DNA of 64,000 nucleotides, from contig JAWOEX010000021.1 in NCBI GenBank assembly GCA_046482545.1, positions 103,041 to 167,040 on the forward strand. Reading direction: 5' to 3'. The stretch is from Candidatus Thorarchaeota archaeon (GTDB taxonomy: Archaea; Asgardarchaeota; Thorarchaeia; Thorarchaeales; Thorarchaeaceae). The notes beneath the pieces were generated by a model. It worked only from the letters and a program-made list of their open reading frames with translations. It was not told the origin of the DNA and searched no databases. Positions 50,025-59,129 of the stretch are shown here, piece after piece. The number at the start of each line of letters is the position of its first letter. Position 1 is the first letter of the stretch. Both the position numbers and the translations under genes were made by a program.

Positions 50025-51170
50025 TTAAGATTTACAAAGCTCTTGAATCATCTCATCCAAAAGACCAAGGCCTTCCTTCAAATGCTCTTTCTCGCCGCCA
50101 AAGCCGATACGTAGATGTTTGTCAAAGCCAAAATGCTCACCAGGTACAAGCAGCAGGCCTTTCTCCTTTCGTAGCCTCTCCACCAGCTCAAGTGAACTCA
50201 ACGGGAGATTATGCTTTGGAAAACACATACTTGAAGCCTGAGGAGGAACATAATCAAATACACCGCGACGTTCATCAAGCCAATTTTTCAACATTCCCCA
50301 GTTTTGACGCACGATTTCAGTAGCGCGATCTCGTAGCCATTCTCTCTTATTGGGTTGTAAGGCCACAGTTGCCAGCGCATCGCTGATTTTGGTTGGACAG
50401 ATTGTGATGTAATCCGAGTACGCCCACAATTCTTCAGCATGCTTCTTGTCTGTCGTTGCTATCCAGCCCAAACGCAGACCAGGGAGGCCATATGTCTTGG
50501 ACAGACTGTTGGTGACAACAACCTTGTCATATTGATCGAATATGGTTGGTGTCAACTCGCCATCCATCTCAGCGCCCTGATAAATCTCATCTGACAGAAT
50601 CCATACATCAGCATCCTCAGCAATATCAACGACTGGTTTCAATTGTTCAGAATCAAAAGTTGTGCCTGTTGGATTGTTTGGATTACAAATTGCTATAGCT
50701 ATGGTTTCTGAGCTGATGGCTTCCTTGAGCATCTCTACATCAAGATTCCATCCGCCACCCTCCATCTTGAGGTTCCATGGAATGATGCTACCACCTAGCG
50801 TTCGAACTACTCCATGAATCTGCATGTAGTTGGGCTGCATCAATATAATCTCATGCCCATTATCAGATTCATTCACAAAGTTCCACATGGAAATGAAATT
50901 AGCTTCCGCTCCACCGTTTGTGACCAAAATGTTTTCTGCATCAGCTCCTTTGTACATCGATGCTATAGTCTCTCTGAGTGGAATGGTGCCATTAGTCTGT
51001 GAATAACCCAGCTTCATGTTGAAGATTGTCTCGCGTTCTCGTTGGTCTGGAACAAGTTCCGCGATACTTAGTGGTTCAACACCACTTTCCGTAAGGACAA
51101 TATCAACAATATGTTCCCATTCACTTTGAATTCTCTCAAGTTCAAAAGGCTCTAACTTCACATGCTTCAC
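50025..51170 (-). CDS. Class I/II PLP-dependent aminotransferase (aspartate aminotransferase-like)
   Basis: 381 aa. Motifs NPNNPTG and SLSKTYGLPGLRLGW. Confidence 0.8.
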   Translation of the reverse strand: MKHVKLEPFELERIQSEWEHIVDIVLTESGVEPLSIAELVPDQRERETIFNMKLGYSQTNGTIPLRETIASMYKGADAENILVTNGGAEANFISMWNFVNESDNGHEIILMQPNYMQIHGVVRTLGGSIIPWNLKMEGGGWNLDVEMLKEAISSETIAIAICNPNNPTGTTFDSEQLKPVVDIAEDADVWILSDEIYQGAEMDGELTPTIFDQYDKVVVTNSLSKTYGLPGLRLGWIATTDKKHAEELWAYSDYITICPTKISDALATVALQPNKREWLRDRATEIVRQNWGMLKNWLDERRGVFDYVPPQASSMCFPKHNLPLSSLELVERLRKEKGLLLVPGEHFGFDKHLRIGFGGEKEHLKEGLGLLDEMIQELCKS

Positions 51171-51279
51171 CTACTGGTTATTCCAAATACCTCGGTCCGG
51201 TATTAACCTCTTGCAAGGGGGAAGAAGGAACACAGAATTCTTAGGGAGGTTGAGTTCACTCACCTGTAAGATAGGTGAT

Positions 51280-51382
51280 ATGGGGCCGAGAGCGGGAATT
51301 GAACCCGCGGCTAGGGAGCCACAATCCCCAAGGTTGCCAGAGGGCCTGCCCAATGTCATCAGGCAGTCTACCCCATCTCGGC
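51280..51382 (-). tRNA. tRNA-His (GUG) with about 25-nt intron in the D-loop
   Basis: The reverse complement is GGCCGAGA...GGGGATTGTGGCTCCCT...GCGGGTTCAATTCCCGC-TCTCGGC-C-CCA. Encoded G-1 plus discriminator C73. Anticodon loop TTGTGGC. A 35-nt stretch lies between D-stem halves GGGT/ACCT, with an internal hairpin CTGCC-N11-GGCAG. Confidence 0.55.
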
Positions 51383-51454
51383 CATTACTGTTTCTGAAAA
51401 ATCTGGGATGGCTTATTATCTTATTCCTTCTTGGCAGATATAACCATTCTAATC

Positions 51455-52235
51455 CAATTTAATGATCATACCATCGTGAGCAAGTTCGATATCCATGTCA
51501 GAAAACTGTTTCATTTTCTCACGCCCAGCTTCAACATCGTCAAGAAGCCACTTGCCTAAATGGGTGAATATGATGTGGTCAGTATAGGGTTTGAAGAAGG
51601 CTATAAAATCGAGGTTGCCTTTGTGACCTAAACTGCTTTGTTATCCGCAAACACTCTCCCCCTCGCTCGAATGAAACTTCCGTCGGCAATCACTAGATCC
51701 AAATCACCGAACTTATCGTGGTGCTTTTTTCAATCCAAACCATGTCCCCAGTGTACAAAAGACGATTGTCTCTTTCCAACAGATAGGCTGTAGATTCAAC
51801 TGCTTTACTGTGGATAGTCGGTATGGCTGTTACTGTATAGGAGCCGATACTTACTTCACCGGAAATAACCTGAATCTCGATGTCTTCGGACTGTTCAGGC
51901 GCACACACAGGAACATCAATGGAATCTACTTTTTAGGTTACGAAGAATGCATGGTCCGGGTGAAGATGAGTGATGAATACAACATCTGGATTACGTTCCA
52001 AGAATTCAAATTCGCCAACATCCAGAAGAATGCATCTATCAACCAGCACTCCAGAATATTTCGAATGACGGGGGGTTAGGGCTGTATTTGCCCGGGTCCC
52101 TAGAAACTCAATTTTGGTCATTTTGTTACAGGAACTAGTTTTCCTGGTAAGTGAAGGGTCTTTCGGGAGGCCCAAACATTCCCTAGAAGGTTTGTTCGCG
52201 AAACTTGACCGTAAATAAAAAGCGGTGGTAACCAT
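51455..52235 (-). pseudogene. MBL-fold metallo-hydrolase, fragmented by frameshifts/stops
   Basis: Three collinear minus-strand pieces: an N-terminal piece with VVFITHLHPDHAF, a middle piece LYTGDMVWIEKS, and a C-terminal piece HGHKGNLDFIAFFKPYTDHIIFTHL in different frames. Confidence 0.45.
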
Positions 52236-52329
52236 TGCTTTCTTTTTGAATAGCGGCTAGTCCGTATTCCACAAGCATTATACCTACTCACCCCTTCGCA
52301 AAAGTGTGGTCTTCTACGGAGAAAAGAAA

Positions 52330-53502
52330 ATGTTCGAAAAAGAAGGTCTGAACGCAAAGGAGGTGTTCGAGGAACTTAATCGGATACTTGAAGAGGACAC
52401 AGAATATGAGTCTGGAAGACCTGTTGCTTCAATGTCGTCAATTCCCTATCAGATATCCTCCGATATCATGGCTGAGCATATGGAACGGAATCTAGGCCGA
52501 AAGCACACATTTCATGGATCAGCCAAAATCGAGAAAGAAGTAATTGAAATGATCGGCGACTTAGTTCGTGTTGAGAATGCATGCGGGACAACGACATCAG
52601 GAGGCACTGAGTCGAATATCCTCGCAATGGTTGCCGCCAGAGAGATCGGAGACACTAACGAACCAGAAATCATCACTCCGGAAACAATACACTCCTCGGT
52701 AGAGAAGGCTGCATGGCTTCTAGGTGTGAAACTCGTCAAGACTCCAGTTGATTCCCAGTACAGAGCAATACCAGACGAAATTGAAAAAGCTATCAATGAT
52801 AATACGGTTGGCATATTCCTTACCGCGGGAACAACTTACGTTGGCCAGATAGATCCAATTGACCGTATTGGAAAAATAGCATCCGATGAATCTCTCCCGC
52901 TACATGTTGATGCGGCATTTGGGGGTTTTGTAATTCCATTTTTGCAGGAGTTGAATCTTGGAAACTATCCGTTTAGTTTTGAAGTTCCCGGTGTGACTAG
53001 CGTCAGCGTTGACCCTCACAAAACCGGTTTGGCACCAATCCCATCTGGTTCTCTTTTGTTCCGAAAAAAAGAACATCTCAGCGCTATAACGAGAGAAGTA
53101 CCCTATATTCCGTTCGATTGTCAAATTCCTACCTTGCTAGGTACACGGCCAGCTGCCCCTGTAATCGCAACATGGGCAATAATGAAGCATCTTGGCAGAG
53201 AAGGATACCAATCCATAGTGGAGGATTGTATGTCTGTAACACGGCTCGCACAAAAGAAGACACAGGAAAACCCACATCTACAGTGTGCCATTGAACCCAT
53301 CTTGAATATCCTCGGAATCATAAGCAATGACATAAGCATCGACAAAATCGTCACAGAAATGGAGAAACGAGGATGGATGATGGGCAATTGTCCCCTGCCC
53401 GTTAGTTTTCGGATAGTTATCGTCCCTCATGTAACTGAGGACGTAGTAAACACCTTTTTTGATGATTTGGACGAAATTGCCAGCTCTCTTGGAACACATT
53501 GA
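52330..53502 (+). CDS. mfnA: L-tyrosine/L-aspartate decarboxylase MfnA (PLP-dependent)
   Basis: SVDPHKTGLAPIPSGSLLFR lysine motif. Group II decarboxylase architecture. Start likely MFEKEG. Confidence 0.7.
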   Translation: MFEKEGLNAKEVFEELNRILEEDTEYESGRPVASMSSIPYQISSDIMAEHMERNLGRKHTFHGSAKIEKEVIEMIGDLVRVENACGTTTSGGTESNILAMVAAREIGDTNEPEIITPETIHSSVEKAAWLLGVKLVKTPVDSQYRAIPDEIEKAINDNTVGIFLTAGTTYVGQIDPIDRIGKIASDESLPLHVDAAFGGFVIPFLQELNLGNYPFSFEVPGVTSVSVDPHKTGLAPIPSGSLLFRKKEHLSAITREVPYIPFDCQIPTLLGTRPAAPVIATWAIMKHLGREGYQSIVEDCMSVTRLAQKKTQENPHLQCAIEPILNILGIISNDISIDKIVTEMEKRGWMMGNCPLPVSFRIVIVPHVTEDVVNTFFDDLDEIASSLGTH

Positions 53503-53503
53503 A

Positions 53504-53860
53504 TTACAAATCAACTTCGTGTTTCATTTCTTCAATCTCATCTTCAAGATCACGCACTCGATCAGACAGCTCAAGGATTTGGTTCAATAGAACAGAAATT
53601 ATGTAACCGTAATTAGCAGTATAGCCTTCTTCACGGCTGATAATCTTAGCCTCCTCCAAGCGCCGTGCAGCGTTTGTAATTGATTGCTTGGAAAGGTTTC
53701 GCTCCTTGAACCATTCGTTGACCTGATCGCGGACATCCATTGGAGCCAGAGGCTCTCCTTGGAGAGGGTCTAGAAGACTATAGAGAACCATCAATCCGGC
53801 GCTCATCCTTGGGTTCATTAACTTGGCAAATGCTAAATCGAGATCTGACCTCAATACCAT
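53504..53860 (-). CDS. Hypothetical HTH/coiled-coil protein
   Basis: ORF only. Confidence 0.35.
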   Translation of the reverse strand: MVLRSDLDLAFAKLMNPRMSAGLMVLYSLLDPLQGEPLAPMDVRDQVNEWFKERNLSKQSITNAARRLEEAKIISREEGYTANYGYIISVLLNQILELSDRVRDLEDEIEEMKHEVDL

Positions 53861-54063
53861 TCGCTTCCTTTAATATCTGAAATACTCATCCGAAGTAAAC
53901 GCCAGACAAGTGAAAAAGCTTCCTCAAGCTAGGAGAAATCCTGCGAGAGACAAGGATTGACAATTAGCGATACCAAAACGTTTACGCTGGGTATCATAAA
54001 CGGTGTTTCGAAACAGAAAGGTGAAAAGCCACAAGTTTTTACTCCATCAGAGAGATTCCCGTC

Positions 54064-54747
54064 ATGACCACTGAACTTGACCGCATCCATTTCGTCGCTG
54101 TAATCCATGTTGACCAAGACAGCGTAGATGATGCTCGTCAAATTGTGAAACAGGTTGAGCCAGATGTTGTGGCTGTGGAACTTGATAAACATCGATACAA
54201 TCAGTTGATGCAAGATGATGATGCCGTCCAAGAACCGCCGACCAATCAAATGAATGCAGCAGAGGGGTTCTTGAACCAGATAGCTCTTCTGGAAAGGAGC
54301 TTGGGACAACTGACGGGATCAGGCGCCGGAGAAGAGATGAAAGCAGCAATTGAAGAAGGACGAAAAATAGATGCCAAGATAGCTCTTGTTGATAGGCCCC
54401 TTGGAGAGATTATGAACTCATTATCCAAAGTACCGCTGGATGAGATTTACCGTTTTGCCAGTATGGTACCGGACCTAGATAATCTTCAATTAAAACAGGG
54501 AGATTTCGATTTGCTTAGCTTCCTGAAGGAAGAAAGCACTATTCCAGAAATGATGGAGCAGTTTCGGACGGAATTCCCCGAATTGACAGAAGTCCTGATC
54601 GACGAGAGGGATGAATACGTAGCCGAGGCGCTAGAATTCATATTGAGGGATGTCGATGGTCAGGTTGTCGTAATTCTGGGAGCAGGACACATCAAGGGAG
54701 TAAAGGAGAAACTAGCCAAGATACTAGAGACGAACGCTGCAGCGTAA
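54064..54747 (+). CDS. TraB/GumN family protein
   Basis: IHFVAVIHVDQDSVDDARQIVKQVEPDVVAVELDKHRY matches the TraB N-terminal signature. Confidence 0.6.
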   Translation: MTTELDRIHFVAVIHVDQDSVDDARQIVKQVEPDVVAVELDKHRYNQLMQDDDAVQEPPTNQMNAAEGFLNQIALLERSLGQLTGSGAGEEMKAAIEEGRKIDAKIALVDRPLGEIMNSLSKVPLDEIYRFASMVPDLDNLQLKQGDFDLLSFLKEESTIPEMMEQFRTEFPELTEVLIDERDEYVAEALEFILRDVDGQVVVILGAGHIKGVKEKLAKILETNAAA

Positions 54748-54748
54748 A

Positions 54749-55399
54749 TCACAGGTTTAGCGCCTCAATGACGTTTTGCACACCGTTGGCATTCTTTGCG
54801 CTCACCCGGAATACCGGAATGTTGGCATCGACCTCTCTGACATCCTCTACCAGTCCATCAACATCAAAGCCAATGGCATCCGCAAGGTCAATTTTGTTTA
54901 TTATAACCATGTCGGCCCGCTTGATTGTGAGGGGATGTTTCTGAATCATGTACGGACCTTCGGTGATGCTGACAACGACAATTTTCTTTTCAACACCAAG
55001 CGGATAGCCAGCAGGGCAGATGAGATTGCCTACGTTTTCGATGAAGACCACGTCATAGGTGGATAGGTCTACTTCCCTGAGAGCAACTCTGACCATTCTT
55101 GCATCAAGATGGCAGGCGGTTTCTGTGTTGATTTGGACTGTATCAATACCATGAGATGCAACCCTGTTAGCATCAATTCGTGTTGCAAGATCTCCAGCAA
55201 CCATCAAAATCCTATATTTCTCCGCAAGCTCGTCACACATTGCTTCGATAAGCTGGGTTTTTCCTGTGCCAACCGATCCCATGATGTCAAATGCTCGTAC
55301 TCCATGCTCTTTGAAGGTCTTTGTATTGATTTGAGCTGCTTCTTCGTTCGCTCCGAACAAATCTTTGCGAATGTCGATAGAAATCGTACGTTCTTTCAT
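54749..55399 (-). CDS. hypB: Hydrogenase/urease nickel-insertion GTPase HypB (UreG family)
   Basis: GSVGTGKT P-loop. CHLDA motif. ENVGNLICPA. Confidence 0.75.
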   Translation of the reverse strand: MKERTISIDIRKDLFGANEEAAQINTKTFKEHGVRAFDIMGSVGTGKTQLIEAMCDELAEKYRILMVAGDLATRIDANRVASHGIDTVQINTETACHLDARMVRVALREVDLSTYDVVFIENVGNLICPAGYPLGVEKKIVVVSITEGPYMIQKHPLTIKRADMVIINKIDLADAIGFDVDGLVEDVREVDANIPVFRVSAKNANGVQNVIEALNL

Positions 55400-55968
55400 G
55401 CTAGGCCATCTCCTGTTCCGGACAAATTGTTCTGCGTTTTAGCTTTTCTATAGATGTAATTCTCGATAATCAAGCGGATACTTTTCTCAACAAACAAAGC
55501 CAAAGAAGCCCACAGGCCAGCCTGAAAACAGTCTATAAGGGCGACAATAATCGCCGCTTCCAAGCTTTCGGTGAAAAATGCAAAAATCGTAATGCTCGGC
55601 AGGAATCCTCCGATAAGTGCGCCACCCAAAATCACCATAATCCTATAGTGAACAGAATCCCTGTCGGAGTTAACATGAATTGCCCAACCAGTCCCAACAC
55701 CAAGAAAGATGTTGCCAATCATAGGCAGAAGAAACGGTTCACCCCCAGCCATTGCACCACCAACCCCCACAATTGCACCAACTAGCATACCCCCTGCCAA
55801 ACCGCCAATGATACCACCCAACTCTGAAAACATGAAACCGGGAGTCAGTTCCAGAAGACCCGGTATAATGGGGATTCTCACAAGAAATCTAACACCTATG
55901 CCCATCGCTGCAACTATTGCCAAAGTGGTTACCAAAGGGGTATTTTGTGAAACTGAATTAGACGCCAT
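55396..55968 (-). CDS. Gly-rich polytopic membrane protein
   Basis: Hydrophobic ORF overlapping the hypB start by 4 nt. Confidence 0.45.
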   Translation of the reverse strand: MASNSVSQNTPLVTTLAIVAAMGIGVRFLVRIPIIPGLLELTPGFMFSELGGIIGGLAGGMLVGAIVGVGGAMAGGEPFLLPMIGNIFLGVGTGWAIHVNSDRDSVHYRIMVILGGALIGGFLPSITIFAFFTESLEAAIIVALIDCFQAGLWASLALFVEKSIRLIIENYIYRKAKTQNNLSGTGDGLA

Positions 55969-55974
55969 TTCGCT

Positions 55975-56427
55975 TTACTCTGAAATTTCAGGCCATTCGT
56001 TCAGCAAAAAGCTTCTGGTCTGCTCATACCAGTTATCCAGCTGCTTCAATATCTCGCGCTTCATAGCCTCTTCAGAAATCGCACGATACAGATAGTAGTA
56101 GCCGCCTCGTTCCAAGTGCTTCTCCTCACGTATTACAAGCCCCTTGTCGAGCAATTTCGTGAGCACCCTCTGAACAGTGCTTCTATCTCGTTCTATGCTC
56201 TCATCTGTGGCTAGCTCTTCGACTGTCTTCGGTCCAGTAAGCAAAGCGAAATATACATCGATTTCGCTTTTTCGTAGACCAAACGCACAACAAAGGAAAT
56301 CGGAAGGGCGCTCAAATGCTTCTGAGAAGAGTCCCTCAAGTGATTTGTTCAGAGGCATAACACGTAAATTGTACGGCGAGACAAAGATAAGGGTTGTGCA
56401 ACAACAAGCACAGCCGCACCAGCTCAT
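55975..56427 (-). CDS. TrmB/MarR-like HTH transcriptional regulator
   Basis: VYFALLTGPKTVEELATDESIERDRSTVQRVLTKLLDKGLV wHTH. Confidence 0.5.
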   Translation of the reverse strand: MSWCGCACCCTTLIFVSPYNLRVMPLNKSLEGLFSEAFERPSDFLCCAFGLRKSEIDVYFALLTGPKTVEELATDESIERDRSTVQRVLTKLLDKGLVIREEKHLERGGYYYLYRAISEEAMKREILKQLDNWYEQTRSFLLNEWPEISE

Positions 56428-56640
56428 ATAATACTGGACGGCAGAGAGAGACTTCTGTAAGACTTAACGCAAATCTTCGGACGTAAGAAGACGAGGGGAG
56501 TCTATTATATCCAGCATAATACTCTATTCTAGTAGGACTAGGCAAGTGGACTAGAGTGGTATACATGACGCACGCGACCGAAAGCTGCAAGGAAGATATG
56601 TGCTTCCAACCAGAAGTCCTTACTCTCCATAGAGAGAACT

Positions 56641-56727
56641 TCATCGAGCTCTGGAGAGTCCGCGGCTGTTCACCTTATCTAAACGGACCTTCTCAGTTAC
56701 GGTCACAAGGCTGAGATGGGTGATCAT
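56641..56727 (-). CDS. Candidate conserved micro-ORF (28 aa; second copy 49722..49799 on the plus strand)
   Basis: MITHLSLVTVTEKVRLDKVNSRGLS aligns with MMTHLSLVTVAEKINLDMVNSRGFS. Inter-copy nucleotide differences are enriched at third codon positions. Confidence 0.25.
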   Translation of the reverse strand: MITHLSLVTVTEKVRLDKVNSRGLSRAR

Positions 56728-57014
56728 GACCACACCGTGGCAAAGACTATGGAAGAACTTGCTATTGCCGGAGTGATGACCCGGGATGACGACAAGAGGA
56801 GGAAGCCTGTACCGCGGAAGGAATCCCATTCCGATGAACGCGGACAAAGGCCTTGCTAACGCAAGGGCCTACCGGTACCTTGAGGGCGGTTACGCTGGTA
56901 GGGGCAGGGTGGAACACAGAAGTTTCACGCAGCCGCAGAGACTGCAAAAAAAAAACAGGTTATAATACTGAATTTCAAAAGAAAAAGGTGCTGTTCCTTT
57001 ATTGAGGTAACATA

Positions 57015-57440
57015 ATGGACTTTCGCAGTGTCGTGAATCCGGACAATAAGAAAGAGGAATACGAAACGATTCCACAGAGAGAGAACCGAAAGTGTATAAA
57101 CTTGGCACCACTCAAGGGTATGCTTGAATCTGATCCTGTGCGCTCGAAAGTCCTGAAATTGCTCATCGAAGATGGGGGATGGGTCAGCACAACTGATTTG
57201 TTGAAGGCAGCAAGAAAGACAAGACCTCTGATTGGTGCAGTAACGATTGGAACTATCCTCAATAGCATCAATGAACTCGTTGCATCAAGGCTGGTGCTAA
57301 GCCGCACGTCACTCGCTTCAGGAATTGAATGGGCCGAATGGAGAATGAATCCAGATTGGCTTGGACCCACTCGCAAACTTGTGCAGATGCTAAGCAGACG
57401 TCAGCGGCGAATTGACCAGCAACCAGCCAACCGTAGGTAG
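57015..57440 (+). CDS. Hypothetical protein
   Basis: ORF only. Confidence 0.35.
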   Translation: MDFRSVVNPDNKKEEYETIPQRENRKCINLAPLKGMLESDPVRSKVLKLLIEDGGWVSTTDLLKAARKTRPLIGAVTIGTILNSINELVASRLVLSRTSLASGIEWAEWRMNPDWLGPTRKLVQMLSRRQRRIDQQPANRR

Positions 57441-57516
57441 CCAGATAGTAACGACCACAAATAGCAATTTATCAACTATTCAGTAATTGTTTTTGTTTAA
57501 AAGATGTTCAATTTTA

Positions 57517-57560
57517 CTCAATTATGGGTAGTTTACTTACATTGAGTAAACTATATATCC
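57517..57560. promoter_or_regulatory. Inverted repeat TTTACTCAAT-N-ATTGAGTAAA upstream of membrane-protein gene
   Basis: Perfect 10-bp palindrome arms in an AT-rich promoter region. Confidence 0.3.
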
Positions 57561-57580
57561 CGGGTATTTTTCATTGAGGT

Positions 57581-58210
57581 ATGCAATCTGATGAATCATC
57601 CACAGAAAAGGACATTGAAGATTACGACGATTTTGTCGATAATGGCGATTTCACTCTGAGGACTAAGAAGATAGCAGTCGCAGGAGTACTGGCGGCACTC
57701 TCAGTAGCAGTAGCGCCTATTGCACAAGTCATCCCCAGAATTCCCGGATGGCAGATAGCATTATTTGACCCCGTATCTATATTCTGGATTATCGCGTTCT
57801 TGATAGGGGGCATTGAGGTAGGTGTGACTAGTATGACGGTTGGTACAATCGCCTTGTTCTTTTTTGATCCGTCAGCACCCATAGGACCATTGCTCAAATT
57901 TGCTGCAACAGCCCCTATGATAATCATACCGTGGCTGGGAATGAAGGTTGGAGATACTGAAACCGCTGGAAAGGGGCTCGATAATCTTAGAAATTATGCA
58001 GCGCTGATGGTCGTTGGCACTATTATCAGACTTGTCATAATGATTCCGCTGAATCTCATAATTGTACCCCTCTTTTTTGGAATCGACAATACTGCCTTCC
58101 TGATTACATATGCTATCATATTGAACATAATCCAAGCATTTTGGGATACTGTTATCCCCTACGGGATAGTGCACAAAACTACTCTTTTTGAAGAGTTTGG
58201 TCTCTGGTAG
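57581..58210 (+). CDS. Polytopic membrane protein (possible ECF S component)
   Basis: Six TM helices. Upstream palindrome. Confidence 0.45.
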   Translation: MQSDESSTEKDIEDYDDFVDNGDFTLRTKKIAVAGVLAALSVAVAPIAQVIPRIPGWQIALFDPVSIFWIIAFLIGGIEVGVTSMTVGTIALFFFDPSAPIGPLLKFAATAPMIIIPWLGMKVGDTETAGKGLDNLRNYAALMVVGTIIRLVIMIPLNLIIVPLFFGIDNTAFLITYAIILNIIQAFWDTVIPYGIVHKTTLFEEFGLW

Positions 58211-58310
58211 CTCGGATGATTCGAGGAGGGGCACCCAATAATGGTTTAATAGGGTAATCTGCCACTTCAGGTTAGCTCGGTAATCAATACGTGTTCATGA
58301 GGTTATTTGG

Positions 58311-59126
58311 ATGGTCAGACGCTGTGAATTCTGCGATAGCCCTGTCCCGGCTGATGCCACTATCTGTCCGATTTGCCATGAAGAGATTGCAGTAGAGACT
58401 CTCGAAAGAGTCCTACCCATGCTGAAACGCCCTGAAACAGCCGAGATCAAGGCAATGGGACCACTAAAACGACTCTACGGAATAGTCAGACGGCCTGCAA
58501 CTGCGTTCAGAGACATAGCTCAGCGGCCTGATACTGTTGGTCCATTCCTAATCATTATCATGAATGCGGCAGTTATGGCTGGCTTCTTTTTGGCTGTATC
58601 ATCCAAGTTCACTGTAACTATAGTTGTAAACCAAACGTCCGGGCAAACAGGCACAAGCAGCATCCTATTCACCGACTATGGCAGCACCTTTCTTCTTTCC
58701 TCACTGCTCTCAATATTGCCGAACATATTACTAGGAATGGTATTCCTTCTGCTTGGTTCGATTTTTGCTCATCTAGCTTTCAAGGTCACAGGGGGAAAGG
58801 GTAGCAAAGGAAAAACCGTGTCTGTTGTCGGGTATAGCATGTTTCCAGTGGTGTTGATACGATTAGTGGGTCTGATACTGATACTGATGTTCATGCCAGC
58901 AGTTAATGTGAATAACCCTAGCACATGGAGCACCACCATTCAGCAAATCTATGATTCAGGAATGTGGCTTATTCTCGATTATTTGACAACCGCTTCATTT
59001 GTGTGGACCGGTTTCTTGCTCGTTTTTGGGATCAGGGAAGCCCACGATACGTCAACAATCTGGGCATTTGTAGTCGCAGTCCTATGCATGATTGTTTTGG
59101 GTTGGACTTTCTGGCAGGTGCACTAG
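58311..59126 (+). CDS. Yip1-domain membrane protein with N-terminal zinc ribbon
   Basis: CEFCDSPV...CPICHE ribbon followed by five TM helices. Confidence 0.5.
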   Translation: MVRRCEFCDSPVPADATICPICHEEIAVETLERVLPMLKRPETAEIKAMGPLKRLYGIVRRPATAFRDIAQRPDTVGPFLIIIMNAAVMAGFFLAVSSKFTVTIVVNQTSGQTGTSSILFTDYGSTFLLSSLLSILPNILLGMVFLLLGSIFAHLAFKVTGGKGSKGKTVSVVGYSMFPVVLIRLVGLILILMFMPAVNVNNPSTWSTTIQQIYDSGMWLILDYLTTASFVWTGFLLVFGIREAHDTSTIWAFVVAVLCMIVLGWTFWQVH

Positions 59127-59129
59127 GCT

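Noticed and set aside
56641-56847. Antisense 47-aa plus-strand ORF (MGDHDHTVAKTMEEL...) overlapping the conserved micro-ORF
   Set aside because: It shares codon boundaries with the minus-strand frame. Inter-copy substitutions fall on minus-strand third positions, which are plus-strand first positions, so the plus-strand frame is not under coding constraint. The second copy has no equivalent open frame.
56428-57014. Possibility that this 590-nt ORF-poor, GC-richer region encodes RNase P RNA or SRP RNA
   Set aside because: It contains ACAGAA and GGGTGGAA-like strings, but they are adjacent rather than in RNase P CR-I to CR-V order. There is no GGAAAGTCCGGGC-like P4 5' strand and no SRP helix-8 motifs on either strand. 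Most of the region is instead explained by the two repeat families.
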